A stretch of 64,000 nt of DNA from Guillardia theta CCMP2712 (GCF_000315625.1 NW_005434569.1:1-64000); one strand, 5' to 3'. Counted from the first letter of the stretch, positions 13,571-28,560 are shown. Made by a program: numbers and translations. The notes: generated from the letters alone by a model not told the origin.

Positions 13571-14113
13571 GAGTCTGCTCCTACAGGCTGCTGTGACGAC
13601 CAGACTTTATTTTGGACCAGACTTTTTTTTTTTTTTTTTTTTATTTTCCGGGAGCCACCCACCCCCTTCCACGACGTCAATTGAGCCACTTGATGGGGTA
13701 CATGAGGCAAACGTGGTTTCTAGACACTACCCGTATATATTAGTCCAAGTACCCCCTCTTATGATGGGGTCCCACTAGTCTCAGCCCACATGACCCTGTA
13801 CCTCCGACCTCCCACTCACCGACCCCACCCCTGGTCTTTGTACCCCTGAATTTGTAGAACCTTAGAAAAATGACCCCTGTTATGTAGATGAAAGTACCCA
13901 CCCTTTACAACATTTCTTGGACCCTACCCTCTTAGAATCCGACCCCACTCGCCCTTACAAGCGGATCGAAACCTTCACCTGCCCTCGCTTCGCATCCCCT
14001 ACACGCTTCGGAACAGCTGCTTCCTCCCAGACCAGCCAAGCTCCCTCACATCTACTCCCTCTGCCTTCCTCCCTTCCTGTCTCTCACGAAACACAGCGAG
14101 GAGATACCAACAA

Positions 14114-14533
14114 ATGCCGCACAGACTCGTAGCACGTCAGAGTGGGCTGGTAAAGAAATGTTTCAGTGCCAGGTCCGCATCCCCTCCGGCAATCTCGCTG
14201 GAGCTTCAGCTGGTGGTTAGAAGATGGGTCGCCACGTTCATAGCCTATGCGCAATGTCTCCTGGTTGGAAGAATCTTCACACCATTGCGATCACAGTCGT
14301 GTCACAGGACTACCAACGAGAACGTTCACATCCCCAAGAACAAGTTCGACCTCGAAAGGGAGTCACAAGATCTCATGAGAATCTTCCTCGAGTCCAAGAG
14401 CCTGGGATTCGTTGTTCAGACTCAACCGCCGCCGGTGGCCATGTTGGCACCTCGCCCCTCGGTATACGACACGAAGGTTCACACGCTTGAGGAACTCAAA
14501 CAGAGCATCTTGAAGCTCAAGGCGGCAGCATGA
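14114..14533 (+). CDS. Small hypothetical protein (probably spliced at the 5' end)
   Basis: Coding-like 3' part NENVHIPKNKFDLERESQDLMRIFLESKSLGFVVQTQ...LEELKQSILKLKAAA*. Confidence 0.45.
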   Translation: MPHRLVARQSGLVKKCFSARSASPPAISLELQLVVRRWVATFIAYAQCLLVGRIFTPLRSQSCHRTTNENVHIPKNKFDLERESQDLMRIFLESKSLGFVVQTQPPPVAMLAPRPSVYDTKVHTLEELKQSILKLKAAA

Positions 14534-14779
14534 AGGTTCAGTGCCGGGACACCCTAGAGCATGGAACTAGGTTTACAGCCACAAAGCTCTCTTGTACATT
14601 AGCATACCCCGTTACCAGTCAGAGACTGAAAGTTATTCTTTACGATTAAGTGAAACCAAGGTTAATCTTCTTTTCGATGCTTTCATTGCTAGTAACGCTA
14701 GTGCCAATTTACCTATTGGGTATTACGCGCCTTGAACATAGCAGTTCTGCTCGAACTGTCCTTTGTACATGATCACCCT

Positions 14780-17700
14780 TCAATTCAAACTGGTCAAGCA
14801 ATGAGAAGAGAAGAAAAGTTTCAACCTGCACCCAACGTCTGCCGCTGAGAGAGCAAGAGTTGAATCACTAGCACCCTTGCACCTTGCAAGCACATGTCAG
14901 CAGCGAGTAGCTCCAGCCCAGCATCTTGTCCACCAGATGTCGTAGGGAAAAGTAGAATTCTTCTTTGACGCCTGAGAATGCTTTCAGCTCGCTTCTTTGA
15001 CACACCAACTCTCCGTACCGGCCCGTTGATCGGAGGATTGACTGGCAGTCCGGTACTCGGGCCGATCCCAGCATCGATCGACAGCCCATTGAGACCTAGC
15101 ACGTTGATCAACACTCAGGTCAGTTGTGAGAGATCACGTGCTACCGCTGCAGTTCGGCGAAGGCGGCAGGCCGAAAATGCCGTTGAACAGGAGCCGGTTT
15201 TGCTCTTTCCCTCCCAAAGGGTTAGTGTCTTCAGGTCCGTATCCCCTGTGCGGTTCGGTCAGGATCGTGCTGCAAGCTTGCATAGGCTTCGATTGCAAGA
15301 GGTTCTTACTGCGGGTTCAGGCTGGAACATTTGATGCTGCCCGACACCTCTTGTACTTGGATCATGCAACCTGTTACAACAGCAACAATCAGCAGCCATG
15401 ATTTCCTCGTATACTTCCTTGCCGTGCGGGACCATCATATTGCACTCAGTGAAATCATATTCACGGTAATCTCCCAGCGACGGACAGCGAAACTCAAGAG
15501 CGTACGGACATCGTCTACTGACGTCCAGGCACTTCCAAAGGATAAGTCACAAGACCAGAAGCATCTCAGACGTCTCGCACCACTGCATTACAAGTCTTGA
15601 GGGCACAATCATCCTGTGCCTTATCCGAGATCGGCAGAAAGTCCGTAGTGCATCTAAAATCCTTGGTGTGACTTTTCGCCGTCACAGGAGCATCAAGCAT
15701 GGTATACCCTGACTCTTTGCTGGCAGGAACAGCGAGAGTAGCAGGAACAGTCACATTCTTCTTGGTTGCTACGATTGCCTCCGAAAGAGTTGACCCCGAC
15801 TACAAACATCTCAGAGCAGCAAGGGGAAGATTCGACGTGTTTACCAAACCAACACAGCTGTAGTTCAGTGTGCCTGTCCCAGCGGCCAAGTGGTAGGCCA
15901 TCCAGTTCTGCGCATTGCCCAGATTTTTCAAGTAGTACCCGGACCTGAAGCGAATTGTTACACGAAAAACAGTCTCAAGGCAAACTGTGATCGATTCCTT
16001 GGGCAGCAAGCGTATCCATAGGAAGTGGCCGTGGGGCTGGAGCCAGGGTCTACCTTGACGCACACCTCGCCTTCATGACACCTGATTCCGCCGTAGCTGA
16101 GACCAGGCATTGGGTAGCTGTAATATTTGGGAGGGATTTGAGCAGTTGCTGCAGGGCCATTCCAACCATCCCAGAAGACAAAACTTGTTGTCGTGGAAGA
16201 GTTCGCCCCAGACGAGCTCGAGCTCGAGCTCGAGCTTGAGGTGCTGGCAGCGTTCTCCTATGTAGACTTTCAGCCTTCTGCCAAACGCACCAAGACAAAG
16301 TGGGACGTATACCAGGACGCCACCTGGACTCCCACATCCCGTGGCAGTGAAGGGTGAGCCATCGAGACAGGTCTTGACACCCTGCCAGCATGAGATGGAT
16401 CCTCGTCAAACGGAAGAGACAGAGATCAAGACATCAAGATCAACATACGTTGACCATCAGGTAAGGGATCGCAGGCCATCCCGTGGAAATAGTCTGGTCA
16501 GGAAGGAATTGTTGCATTTGTTCACATGGAGGCCCCAACCGCTTCTGTTGAAAACCTTACAACACACTTCAACTTGGATTGATGGGAGATCACCGATGGA
16601 TCCACAGTCGATCTACAGAAACCTTGTTGTTTCTTCGTTAGATATATTCGATATGTGTTGCCCTGGAATTTGAAGATCATTTGATCTCTTTACTTGCTCG
16701 TGGAGAGCAAGTAAAGGAAGAAGGAGGAAAACTGGTGATGTAAGGGCACGCCGTTGGATTTCGCTTACCTGTGCTGGAACTGGAGGTGGATTGGGCATCG
16801 TCGTCCCATACGGAGCATTCCATTGAGTCCCCATGGCTAACTTGGAGAAACCGTCGTATTTGTCTATCAGCATCCAGTACCCTTTCATATTGGTGCTCGT
16901 GATTTCGACTTTTGAGCCGACATAGAAGTCATCAAAGCTGGAGGCCGATTGCTGCTCTGACATGTCAGGAGGTAATCAAGTGGCAAGCAGGAAGAACCGA
17001 ATCTAGGTACACCGATGCTGTGCATCTTCCCGGGTCATCAGCGGTACCTTTGGCACCGCAAGCTGGGGTGGGACATGAGGGAACGGCCTGAGGTCAAATC
17101 GTCAAACGAGAAGTCAACACATGCTGAGCGCACTTGTCCTGGAGGGGCGGTGCAATTACGCGGCAACCCAGCGCAAATCAACAGACAGTATGGTTTGCTT
17201 GCAAAGTCCTTGGCCTGCGCTGCGACGTCAGAGAACAGAACCGTGAGATAGTCAGGTGACTCACTGTCTGTTCTGCTGTCTGATTGAGGGGAGGCCACGG
17301 GCATGTGCAAGCATACGATGGCAAGGAAACCTGAGGATAGTCACTACATCAAGTTCTCTCTCTCTGAGCGGGGTGTAACACGCCCTCAATTACATTTCCT
17401 TCTTCGAAGAGGGTCGTATCTGGAATAACGAACTTCTTGTAGATCTGCATCTTACGATGAGAATGTTGATGTACGCATGTGGAGATTGCTGAAACCTGAG
17501 AGCATAGCCATCGTTTGAACGCTGCTTTACAATCACTGCAGGTCCAGATGTTGCTGTACGATTTGCAGCTTTGGAAAAGCAGATGCCGTTACAAGATCGA
17601 GCACACACGATGTTGGTTTCATTACCTGTAGACATCTAAAGCCCTGACGAGGTTCGAGTAAATCTTCTTTGCGTATTTGTTGTTGCATGATTTGTTTGGT

Positions 17701-18413
17701 CTGGCAAGGTCGCATGCAGCTGCAAACAATTCATCAACCCTTCAACAACCATCACAACATCTTGACATCTTGTACCTGCATAGTCCACGTACCCATCACA
17801 AAAAAATGTTCCATCAGTGTACTGGTTGGAGGCTGCGCTAAGATATGGGTCCGTTGCCATTGCCTGAAACAAGCTCACCCAGCAATCTCAATCATGTGTG
17901 CGCTTGCATTACAATGTACTCATGTCGAGCAACGCAAGTGTAGTTGGACGTCCCCAGGGAGGAAGTTTCTGATGAGTAAGGTGGCTCAGAGACATGGCGG
18001 TCACCAGCAGGGGAGGAAGGCGATGAATACCGGGCATGACGGTTGACGCCTGCAGCAACTCCCTCATGGCCGGATGTTGAGCTGACAATGATTCCAGGAC
18101 CTGCGTGCGGAGACGCCGTTCATCTCACATGAATGAAGCAAGAAGGAAAGAGCAAGGAAACCGCATCAGGGATCTCTTCTTGATCCACGTTGAATGGCTC
18201 TCTGATGCCAAAACAAGAAGAGTGAGTGGGAAGATGCGAATTCGAACATCATCACCCGTCGGAGGAGATGAAGAAAAGCAAGAAAATGAAAGCTGAGGCA
18301 ACAACAGAGCACAAATCCTTTGAACCACGTGCCGGCACCAATCGTCGACCTCGATGGTGTCCTTGCTGTTGGGCGCTTGAATCCACCAGCATCATCTTCT
18401 TTCCTGCTGCCAT
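14780..18413 (-). CDS. Large Cys-containing secreted or surface hypothetical protein, multi-exon
   Basis: N-terminal hydrophobic segment (LCSVVASAFIFLLFFISSDG), followed by many short exons with extracellular character (GTFFCDGYVDYAGTRC, NETNIVCARSCNGICFSK, DDFYVGSKVEITS...IDKYDG) separated by ~50-nt GT-AG introns. Confidence 0.55.
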
Positions 18414-19619
18414 CTAGCTGCGCTCCTACCTCTCACTGCAGGTATCCCCCCCCCCTCCTCCTCCTGCCATCGCCTACTCCCCTAGCGCGCCTTTTCGGTA
18501 GCAACGACAACAAAAACTGGTTTTAACTCCACTGCCCGGCTGAGTGGCCCGGGCCCGGCCCGGCCGCCCGGCCCGGGACCGCCGCCGAAGTTCCAGAAGT
18601 ATTTGAGCCGACAGGGTAGGGGGGTGATCAAAGTACCCCACCCCTATGTGGTAAATTGGCGGGAATTCAACGAGAAAGTACCCCTTCAAGCAACCACCCC
18701 TTCAACACGAACTGTGATACATGAACACCCCTGTTTTCACACACCACTACCCCTCGTTACAAGGGGTATCTCAAAATGTGCCGCTCCGCCTCAGGGTTCT
18801 CTTAAACCTCCGTTGAATTTGATAACTTACCCGAAATTTGAGAAAACAGGACTAAAATTGTTCTAGATACATCAAGAAGAACACCCAAAGATGTGAGTTT
18901 ATGTAATTGTATATAAGGATATTTACCTGTACATGTTGCATATGCGCTGAGAGAAAGAGACTTTGAAACAAGACGAACTTTTGTTAGAAAAATTGAAATT
19001 CGGGTATGAAATAGTCTGCTCCTCCACGCGCGTGGAAAAAAACCCTAGCAAGATCGACCAGTACAAGTTGGCGTGCATTGCACTTGGTCTGCATCCGTAC
19101 ATTGATAAATAATATAATACACCATTAAGATTCAAGGGGTATCTATTGACCTTGGACAATTCTTTTGATAAATAATCCGCCAACTAGAAATTTAGATAGG
19201 TGGCGACCCCAAGCGCGTGCCCCAGCCGCCGCCGATGGCGGGAGAGAGAGAGGGGAAGGGATGGTGCGGCATGCGACAGAGAGCGAGAAATACATAGAAT
19301 GTGATTGCCAAGATAGAAACGAAGAGGATCAGGAATGGCACGATGGAGAGAGAAGGAGCGGAGCATCATGAAGGTTTCGAACGTGTCGCAAGAGTCAGCG
19401 AGTCGACACATGAATTGAATTTCCACCTACCCCTCCTTGGGATAGGAGCATAGGAGCATCACCACTATAATACCACACTGTCGCACACGTTGAATGTGTT
19501 TTTAGTTTTCATGTTTTGTCTTGAACACAGATCAGGTTGTAGCTGGCACATGAATGAAGAGTTCACGAAAGAGCGAAATGGAGGCTGTGGGGGTTGACAC
19601 GATTTTCTTGGCAGGCACG

Positions 19620-21708
19620 ATGGCTGAAGAGGCTAAGGTGGAATCTCAGGAGACTGAACAGCCTGTCGCAGCAGAGGCTGAGGCAGCAGGCGACTCTGCT
19701 GAGACCGAGAAGAAGCCATCCAAGTCCTTCGAGGAGAGGCTGGCTGAGCTCAACAAGCCCGATCCTGTGCCGCAGCCTGACCAGGACAAGGTGAATGAGA
19801 AGCTCTCGAGGCTCAATGCTCAGATCGAGAAGTGCGAAAAGCGCCTGGTGAGCCCATGCTCCATGCCGGCGGGCTGCCCTGACCTTGTGCTGCTATCAGA
19901 CGGAGATCAAGGCTGCTCTTGAGAAGGCCAACAGCCTGCGCGATGGAAGCAAGAGCGAGTCCAAGGCGATTGTCGAGCAGCTCAAGGCCGCCCGTGCCAA
20001 GATCAAGGCCGCCAGCGCCGACAAGGAGGCAGCCTTCCAGCAGCTCCGCGAGCTTACCTCCAACAGGCAGGCCCAGCAGAAGAACCTCCAGGACCTCCGC
20101 AAGAGCCTCAAGTTCGAGGACGTGGCACAGGTGGAGGCCAAGGTGAAGGAGCTGGAAGCTCAGATCGAGACCGGGCAGTGCACAAACCTCGCGCACGAGA
20201 AGCGGGTGATGCAGGAGATCAAGAGCCTTAACTCAACCAAGTCCATGATCCTCCACTACCAGTCCCAGCGCAGCCAGGTAGTCGATGATGCAGATGCTAA
20301 GGCAGCCCTCGAGCAGAGGAAGGCCGAGGCGACTGCCAGGCTTGACCAGGCCAGGAAGGAGGCAGAGACTCTTGAGAAGGCTCTGGATGCGGTCAGGGGC
20401 AAGCAGCAGGACAAGGGTCCCAATGTTGGTGAACTCTGGAAGGAGCAGAAGGAGCTCTACTCGCAGATCAAGGAGCACCGTGCTGAGATCCGCAAGGTTC
20501 GCATCCCATCCCTCCCGACCTCCCGCCCTGCCTATATCTTCCTCCCTTCCTACCCAGCTCTACCTTGCTGCCCATTGCCCCGCTCCTCGGTTCCCTTGAT
20601 GACCTCCCTCCAATGGCGACAAGGAAGTCCAACTCGGGTGTGACGATTGTGTAGGTGAACAATGAGTTCAAAGAGGAAGTGAGCAAGTGGAAAGACTTCC
20701 AGAGGGCAATGAACGGCTACAAGAGAGCCAAGGATCGTATCATGGTATCGTGCTCGTTCCCCTCCCGTCCTCTGTCCTGACCGTGCAATTCTTTTTCAGA
20801 ACGAGCAGCGCAGAGCGGAGCTTGCCAAGAGGAGAGAGGAGGCTGAGGGCCCGATCGATGCGTAAGCTCCGCCTGATGCTCGTCCTCCGACCCTGACTTG
20901 GCTGCAGGGACCTCCCTTCGGACAACCCTCTCATTGGACACCCGTGGGCTGATGAGATCTTGCAGTGTCAGGACCTCGAGAAGGTTGGAGGAGGGGACGG
21001 CAGCTGACTGATTGAGGTCGTTGACGTGCAGGCAGGTTCTCTCCTCGTTCTTGCCCAAGGACACCAAGGAGGATGGGGGGGCTCCTGAGGCAGCCAAGGC
21101 GAGTGCAGGGGAGATGACATTGAACAACAAGGGGGTATACGAGGGGGGAAAGAAAGCCAACCTCGACGACGACATGTTCAGCGGCCTTGTGGCGGAGAAG
21201 AAGAAGAAGAACAAGGGGAAGGGGAACGCAGAGTCTGCTCGCATCACCCTGACGCTCGACACCATCTCGACCCTGGGCTCCATCGGCGTTTCCATCCCAA
21301 CGAAAGTTGCTGATGTCGCCGCCTGCATCGAGAAGGTGAAGGAGAAGAAGAAAGCCTTCGAGGGTAAGACGTCCCTCTCTCCTTCTTGTGTCCCCCGCTG
21401 ACTCCGGTGAGCAGGCATGACCGAGGAGGACAAGAAGGCTGCCAAGGCTAAGGCCGGCAACGCTGGCAACAAGAAGGGAGGGAAGGGCGATCGCTCGGAC
21501 AAGTCAGGCGCTGACAAGGATGAGCTCGTCAACGTTGACATCTCCGCTAAGGTGAGAAGGATGAGCGATGTGAGGTGGATGTGGGGGAGCGAATGGTGGT
21601 GTGACCTGAGGAGGAAGAGGAAGAGGAAGAGGAGGCTGAGAGTGTTTTCAGGGAGCGGACAAGGTCCAGGTCAAGATTGACTATCCTCCTTTGACTGTTG
21701 GCGCCTAA
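19620..21708 (+). CDS. Bfr1 / proton-pump-interactor-like coiled-coil protein
   Basis: PQPDQDKVNEKLSRLNAQIEKCEKRL-TEIKAAL..., LKFEDVAQVEAKVKELEAQIETGQCTNLAHEKRVMQEIKSL and C-terminal HPWADEILQCQDL resemble the Bfr1/PPI family. Strong GC3 coding bias and clear short introns. Confidence 0.7.
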
Positions 21709-21815
21709 AGGGGGAGGAGTCGAGGATGTCATGGGGTTGCGGCGCGTGGTGCGATGAATGGTTTCCGATCTTTATATTCACATGATGTACTTTCATAAAC
21801 TTGCAGTATTCGTTG

Positions 21816-24400
21816 TCAAACACGACTGAAGTTTGACCCAACTGTGTCAAGTCGATTGCGATCGAGGCTGCCCAGCAGGCTGTGAGCTGGGCTGCCGTGT
21901 TGGAGACTTGATTGGAGGTAGGGAGATTGTCGTGTCATCAACACATAGTCACCTGCTAGAGATCAGCAGGCAGGTGGTAGAAGAAGGAAGGAGACAGAGG
22001 GGAGAACGGGAACACGCGAGCGAGGCTGGGAGACAGGGCTAGGCAGGAGGAGTGGGGGCTAGCAAGAAGAAACTTGTACCTGCATGCTCTTCACGTGAGC
22101 GCCGTCGTCCAGACCTCTCGCATCACCCTGGTCCCTCCTGAAATCTCACGCTTAGCCACCAGTGATGAACGAGTCGTCTGACTTGTCCGGGGAGGAGACG
22201 ACCGGGGCCCGTGCGAGGGAGGCCAACAGGCTGCTTTCCACTGGTTCTCCTGCTGCCTGCCAGGGAGGTTGAGGCGGAAACTGTGAGACGAGTTAGATGA
22301 GAGAAGAGGAAGGACAGGACAGGGAGAAGAGATGATAAGATAAGAATCAACAACAAGTTGAAGGCGGGGAGGGAGAAGTAGGAAGGGGGGGGGCAGCGGA
22401 GGGAAGGGAAGGGTATGGAGGAGGCAGGCGTGCATAGATGGGAGTGCGGAGCAAGTTGCCTGTCGGTCGGGAGAGGAGGCGACCATGCTCTGCCTGCTGG
22501 CAGAGATCTTCATCTCGTCGATGTACCGGTAGGACCTGACGAGCTCCTCCTGGAGGTAGAGGATGTCGAGGTGGACCTTCTCGAGGATGGGGGTGAGCGT
22601 GGAGCTGCATTCTTGGACCTTCGACGTCCTCTCCTCCTCCCTCGCGCGGCATCCTTCCTCCCTCTCCTGCTGCGCGCGCGCGATCTTGCTCCAGAGCCCC
22701 ATGGCCGTGAGGGCGAGGTCACGACCGTTGGCGTCCTCCCTCGAGACTGCATCCTCCCTTGCCAGGTTGAGGTAGTGGGACAGCAGCGCCTCCTCGGGGA
22801 GGTCAGCACACAGCTGCCGTTGGACCACGACCTCCAAGACTTCGTTGGTTCTTGCCCTCCTCAGCCTCAACTTCACCGTCTCTCCCGCGCGGTCGCTGCC
22901 GTCCAACATGCCGTTGACGTTCCAGGTCGTCGCTACCTGGTCGTTGACGGACATGATGACGTCACCTTGCTCTATCGTGTTGCTGTTGAACGCTGCGCTC
23001 CCCACCATAACATGCACTATCTCCAGCCCATCAAGCACAAGCCCGACTGTCGTTCTCTTGCTGAAGGACTGGGCGTTGCCACATGTCGCTCGTTCGAGAG
23101 CATCTCGACTCTCATTGACCTCTTGCAGCATGTTGGAGATGAGGTGGCATCGGAAGACGTTCTGCAGCAATCTCTCGCATCCCTTGGCGCGGTTCTCATG
23201 AGAGACGGCGAGCATGCTGTTGAATTCATCCTCGTTGACGACATTTGACGAATCTCTCTTGCTCTGCTCAGCCAGCACCTGCGGCCTCCGAGTCTGATCG
23301 TACTCATTCAGGAACACAATCTTGGCCGAGATCGAAGGGTTGGGCTGTGGCACGGGTGGAGTGGTAGGAATCGAGCCGTTGACGGATTGCCTTTGATGAA
23401 TCCATTCCTGATAACAACTTAATGTTCCAGCCTTCATATCATCGTATCTTCACAAGTTTTGATCATCCTCTACATAGCCATCATCATGTCGGACCAACAA
23501 AATCTTACCGGAAACGGAACTTCCTGGGATGCAATCGTATTCTGCTTCACAGACGAAGCCCTGTCTTTCTCAAGCTCTTCTATCCTCTGCTTAAGTTGAT
23601 TGATGGCCTGCGTGTTATCCGCATTTTTCCGCTGCTCAGTTTGCAATCTCTCCTCAGCGCTACTCAGCAAGTCCCTCAGGCAATCATTCTGAACCAGCAG
23701 CTCGTCCTGTCCCACTTGCTCCATCCCCGGAGGTTCATTTTTCTCTGCCTCGCCATCCGCAGCCAGCGAAGACCGTTGGAGCCAGAGGGCAAACGTCTTC
23801 CCCTGCCTCTCGAAATCCACTCGAACTTGCGACCTCGCTGGCCCCCTCAGCAGGCTTATCGTGTGCCCTGTGCTCTGCACGTTGACATTGTTGGCGGCTA
23901 CAATTCTGTCCCCCACCTTCAAGACGGCTTGTCAGTGGGAGGAGGAGGAGGAGGAGGAGGAGGAGGAGGAGGAGGAGGAGGAGGGATCACAAGGGAACAC
24001 CTGTATCAACTTGCTCTGCATGGCAGGACACCCGGGCTGGAGCTCCTTCACGAGCACCAACTTCCTCGTTCCATCGCTCGACAGAGAGCATTGGACGATC
24101 ATCCCGACCCCTCCTACGGGACTCGGACATGCATTAGCTGAGCCGTTCATACCCTCTTGTACTCCTCGATTGACCTGAGGGCTCTTCAGTCAAAGGATGA
24201 GAACGCATTATAGTCGAGCATGAAGCTCTCGTTGCAGACGGGTGATTGGATCGCCTGCAAATGTGTGGAACACTTCTATACGCCCAGCACTTGTTGACAA
24301 TTTCCGTTACATGCACAGAAAATTCACAGAGGACTGCATGACTGGGTTTGTGTCAGATCGCTGAAGGTGATGCTGATAGATGTGTGTGTGACATTGATCC
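21816..24400 (-). CDS. Protein with two PDZ domains and coiled coils, multi-exon (start approximate)
   Basis: PDZ1 GGVGMIVQ...VKELQPGCPAMQSKLIQ / VGDRIVAANNVNVQ...SLLRGPARSQVRVDFER. PDZ2 TTVGLVLDGLEIVHVMVGSAAFNSNTIEQGDVIMSVND...GSDRAGETVKLRLRR. Confidence 0.8.
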
Positions 24401-25623
24401 AAATATTTCTTCCGCAGCACACGAATCTCACTGCATCAAAGAAAACTCCAAGGATCTCATGTGGACTATCTTGACACGTCTTTGAAGCTACCGACAGAAA
24501 AATCCGTAATTACACAATAACTATTCGGAGATACCTCAAAAAAGGTATGGATACTAGTCAACTTTCTAATGGTCAGGGGGTCAGAGTCACGCGAAAGAAG
24601 AGGATAGGAAGGGAAAACTTTGCAGGGAAACTTGAAAAGGAGAGAAGAGGAGGGCGGGGGGGAGGAAGGAACTCTGAAGGAGGATCTAGTCGTCGGACCA
24701 CCGGGCTCCTCTGCAGTGCCATCGACGTGTGCATGCAGTGCGGTAGCCGCGGCGGCTGCTTCTGTCGTGTGCATTGTTGTCACGTTGACCAGTAGCGTAC
24801 GGCTCCCTCGGCAACGCCGTCTCGGAGTTCACGACCCCCCGGATGAGATACCAATAAGATTACTCACATTCAAATTTGATACCAATTCATTTCAGTTAAT
24901 CTTCCCCTGAGGGATCACTGTGCCGTCACCGTTGTGCCGGGCTCGGATAAGTTCAGTGAGCGTCACGGTCCGATCCGGGAGTCCCGGCGGGCCGCCGGGC
25001 AACCGTTGGCAAACAGTGAGTGACGCCGGTACGGTACTGATCATACCGAAGGTTGTGTGTACAACACTGTGACATGAGACCCGGCCTGGGTCTCTCAAGG
25101 TTCCGCCAGTGCACCTGCACCTCTTTGCAGCACGGACTCAGGCAACGCTGTCTGCAGCGAGAGCTTCTAGGCTGTCCGCGAATTGCAGCCTACCTCCCGG
25201 AGTCCAGCAGCAGCAGCGTCACGGTGGTGTATCCTTCCTCGACGCCGCCGCGGCTTTCACTTTTGCTTCCGCCCCCCCCCCCGCCCCCCTCCATTCCCAG
25301 CGAGTCCTGCGCTAGTTTTGCTCTTTCCTCTGGTCATACCTTCCTCCCTGCTCCTCCTGCCCCTCCGAGCCGGGAGCCTCCCGGGAGTCCCCAAGACCAC
25401 CTCTGACCGTCTCCAAGACAGCACTTTGCCTCCCTCACGTACTAGTTCACGTACTAGTTCATGTACTAGTGGGTGGCAGCGATGGCGGAATGAGATCAAG
25501 TGCAAGGACGACGACGAGCACTTGCAGCAGCTCTACATCGACAAGCCGTCATTCATGCACGACTACTGTATGAGGAGCTGGAGGAGTCGGAGGAGCTGCC
25601 GGACTCTGTCTCTGTCTGTCTGT

Positions 25624-25788
<165 letters not shown>

Positions 25789-26013
25789 TGTCTGTCTGTC
25801 TGTCTCTCGTTGCAGCAGCTTCGACCGGTGGGGCGGATTCAAGAGAGCCAGGTGCTCCTCCCATGAGCCCAGGACCCACAGCCAACTCCGGTACACCGTC
25901 CATGGGACTAGAAGGATAGCATGACAATGCCCTGGGGATGAGGGCAGAGGAGGAGGATGGGGTGGGAAGCAGCCGCGGCCGTCAGTAGAGAAGCGCGGAG
26001 TGCATGATAGAAG

Positions 26014-27410
26014 TCATAATGAAGACACTATAACATACCAATTGAGCCACATTACAAGGTATCGCTGACCGAGCAAGGCTCGATGCGTGTGATCCTGGTG
26101 AGTACTTGTTGCTGCATAAGCGTCAGGGGTACTCACAGCGCGTTTTCTGAGGTGCGGGTACATATGAGTACAAGCACCCTGACTGCTAGCAACGGGTACT
26201 CGCCCTACCCTACCTCCGACAGTCGCGCCTGTTCCCACAAATCTAGCATACAAGTTAAGATAATTTCTTGTCCTGGTACTGCTCAGGTCGCTCCGTGGTG
26301 CACTTTGGAGTCTCCATAGAGAGGACAACACTGCAGACTCCAGATCAGCCTTTGTTGCAGAAGAACACGATGCACATACCCCGAGACGTAGAGGTCGAAC
26401 GCGATCGGAGGAACACTCTCGTCCCAGACTGATGAATTCACAATGTTCAGTGTTGGGTCGGGAATAATGCAGATGGACTGCACTCACTCTCTTTTCGCTG
26501 CACGGGAGCCCGTATAGGTTGCAGACGAATTTCGGGGAGATTTTCTGAGGAGCTTGTTGTGCATTCCATGCGCATGCAGAGGAGATAAACTGCTCCTGTC
26601 AACACAGAAACCCCAGGGACAATGTAGATTAGCTGAGGAAAATCGAAGATTCCTTTCCTTGCCTGCAAGAAATCAAAAGGAAGCACATAGCCTCTTGGCT
26701 TTGAAATGAAATGCAGCTTACCCCATCAGTGTATTCGATACATCCGTCGTATTCCATGGAAATGTTGTTCTCTTTACATTCACTCAACTGAAAAGGAACA
26801 GGTCATTCAGTTCAATGTAGATCTCCGCGATCTATGCTGCAAAGGAAACCAACCTCTCCATTGTTCTTATTGACTTTGCAGATCTTCTTTCCCGTTTTCC
26901 ATCGACAGGAGCAGCCACGTCTGAAATTGACATCAGAAACATGTTAAAGTGAATAAAAATTCATTTCAAAGCATCATTAGATCGAGTTTATGCAGTTCAC
27001 ATCCTCAAACAACACCAGGAATGCATTCGTTACCTGCAGCATTGTCCGGTTGTCCATGCCCAGCATTGTGGGACACCTTTGGTCAAAACAGGAATGAAAC
27101 GCAATAGAAACGAGTTGACATCTTCCCTTCATACCTTGGCAGCGTTGTACGGTGTTTGATCTGCATACCGAACTGCAGCAAGAGAGCATATCTTGTGGGG
27201 GGGGAGTGCGTTGTATTAGCCTTCGAGTCAAAAGAAAAGCATTTTGCGTGAAGAGGAAGAGAAAAACCCCGAATGGCACCGTTGAAGTCCGCAGGCAATT
27301 GTGTAGGTTCATGGCAGCTCGTAAATCTCCGTCCTCTCCTCGAGGTCTCAAGCTCTGCCCTGCCTACTCGCGCTGCGACTCGGGCGGTCAACCTTGTCTG
27401 CACATGATGG
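26014..27410 (-). CDS. Possible multi-exon hypothetical protein
   Basis: Short coding-like segments flanked by splice signals (ARKGIFDFPQLIYIVPGVSVLTGAVYLL; SICIIPDPTLNIVNSSVWDESVPPIAFDL). No recognised domain. Confidence 0.3.
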
Positions 27411-28560
27411 AGCCATGCCCCGGATGTTTTGACCACGTTGATTTTTTAGGTGGTGCGCTGCTCGTCGCACGGCTGAGAGCACCGTGACCCGGACCGGGCC
27501 GCCGCGCCCCGGGTCACGTGGCTTAACTTGTAACGGGCTTGTAACTTAGTAACTGATACCAAGCCTTCCGACTTAACTGCGCCGCGGCGCGGCGCGGCGC
27601 GCAGGGCCACTGGCCCAAGTTCCCGGAAGTTTGAGTCCCCCGCGCCATGCCAGCGCGGCGATGTCCGACTGTGCCCGCCGACCATCGTACTCAGTCCGCG
27701 GGCACATCCCTGAGTCAGGAATGAGACGCACTGCGGCATACCGGAATGCACCCCGGGCCCGCCGCGCGAAGGACAGGGAGGCAAGTTGAGCCGCCGAGCT
27801 GACGAAAGATCGGATCCTGAACCGGATGCGTTTGCAAGAGTCGGATCAGGCTGACTCGCAGTGAGACGTCTTGCGAGGCCGAGAGACCATCCAGCGCTGC
27901 CGTTTCCTTGTTCGCCGAGCGATCCGCCAGCCCGGCAGAGGCCCGCCACTGGGCCGGCCCTGGCACGGTGACTCACTGACTCTCATGACTCGAAGTTTCA
28001 AAGTCTGTAACTATTGAAGTTTCATCACGGTCAAGTTTGTTCCTTGAAACTTTCAAGGTTCTAGAAACTACTGCTGGTCAAGGCCGAGGATCGGGGGGGT
28101 GGGGTTGTACTATGTCGGGGTGCATTGAGGTATATGAGGGGTAGTCTAGCTAGTGTGTAGTATTCAAGATGGTCTAAAGGAAGGCAGAAGTACCGGTATG
28201 CAGTGATGACAGTAGGGTGGGGTGTAGAGGGAGGGGGTAGGGTTCAGTTGGGGCGGAGGGGATGTCACGACGAGGATGCAAGGGAGGGCACAGCATGAGG
28301 AAGAAGAGGGAGGGGGAGGGAGGGGGAGGGGGAGGAGGAGGGGGAGGGAGGGAAGAGTAGGAAGAGAGAATATGGCGTTCCTAGGAAGTTCTTCCCCTTG
28401 CACATCTTTCTGCATCCTTGAGATCCTGAAGTCACTTGCAATGATGCCCCGAGGCTGATATTCCCCTTGTCAAGTTTCACGGATCCTTTCTCGGATCATG
28501 CGGTGGAGTGAGAAAACTGAGCCGTCTATGACACATTCGCAGAGATTCTTGGAGAAAGCC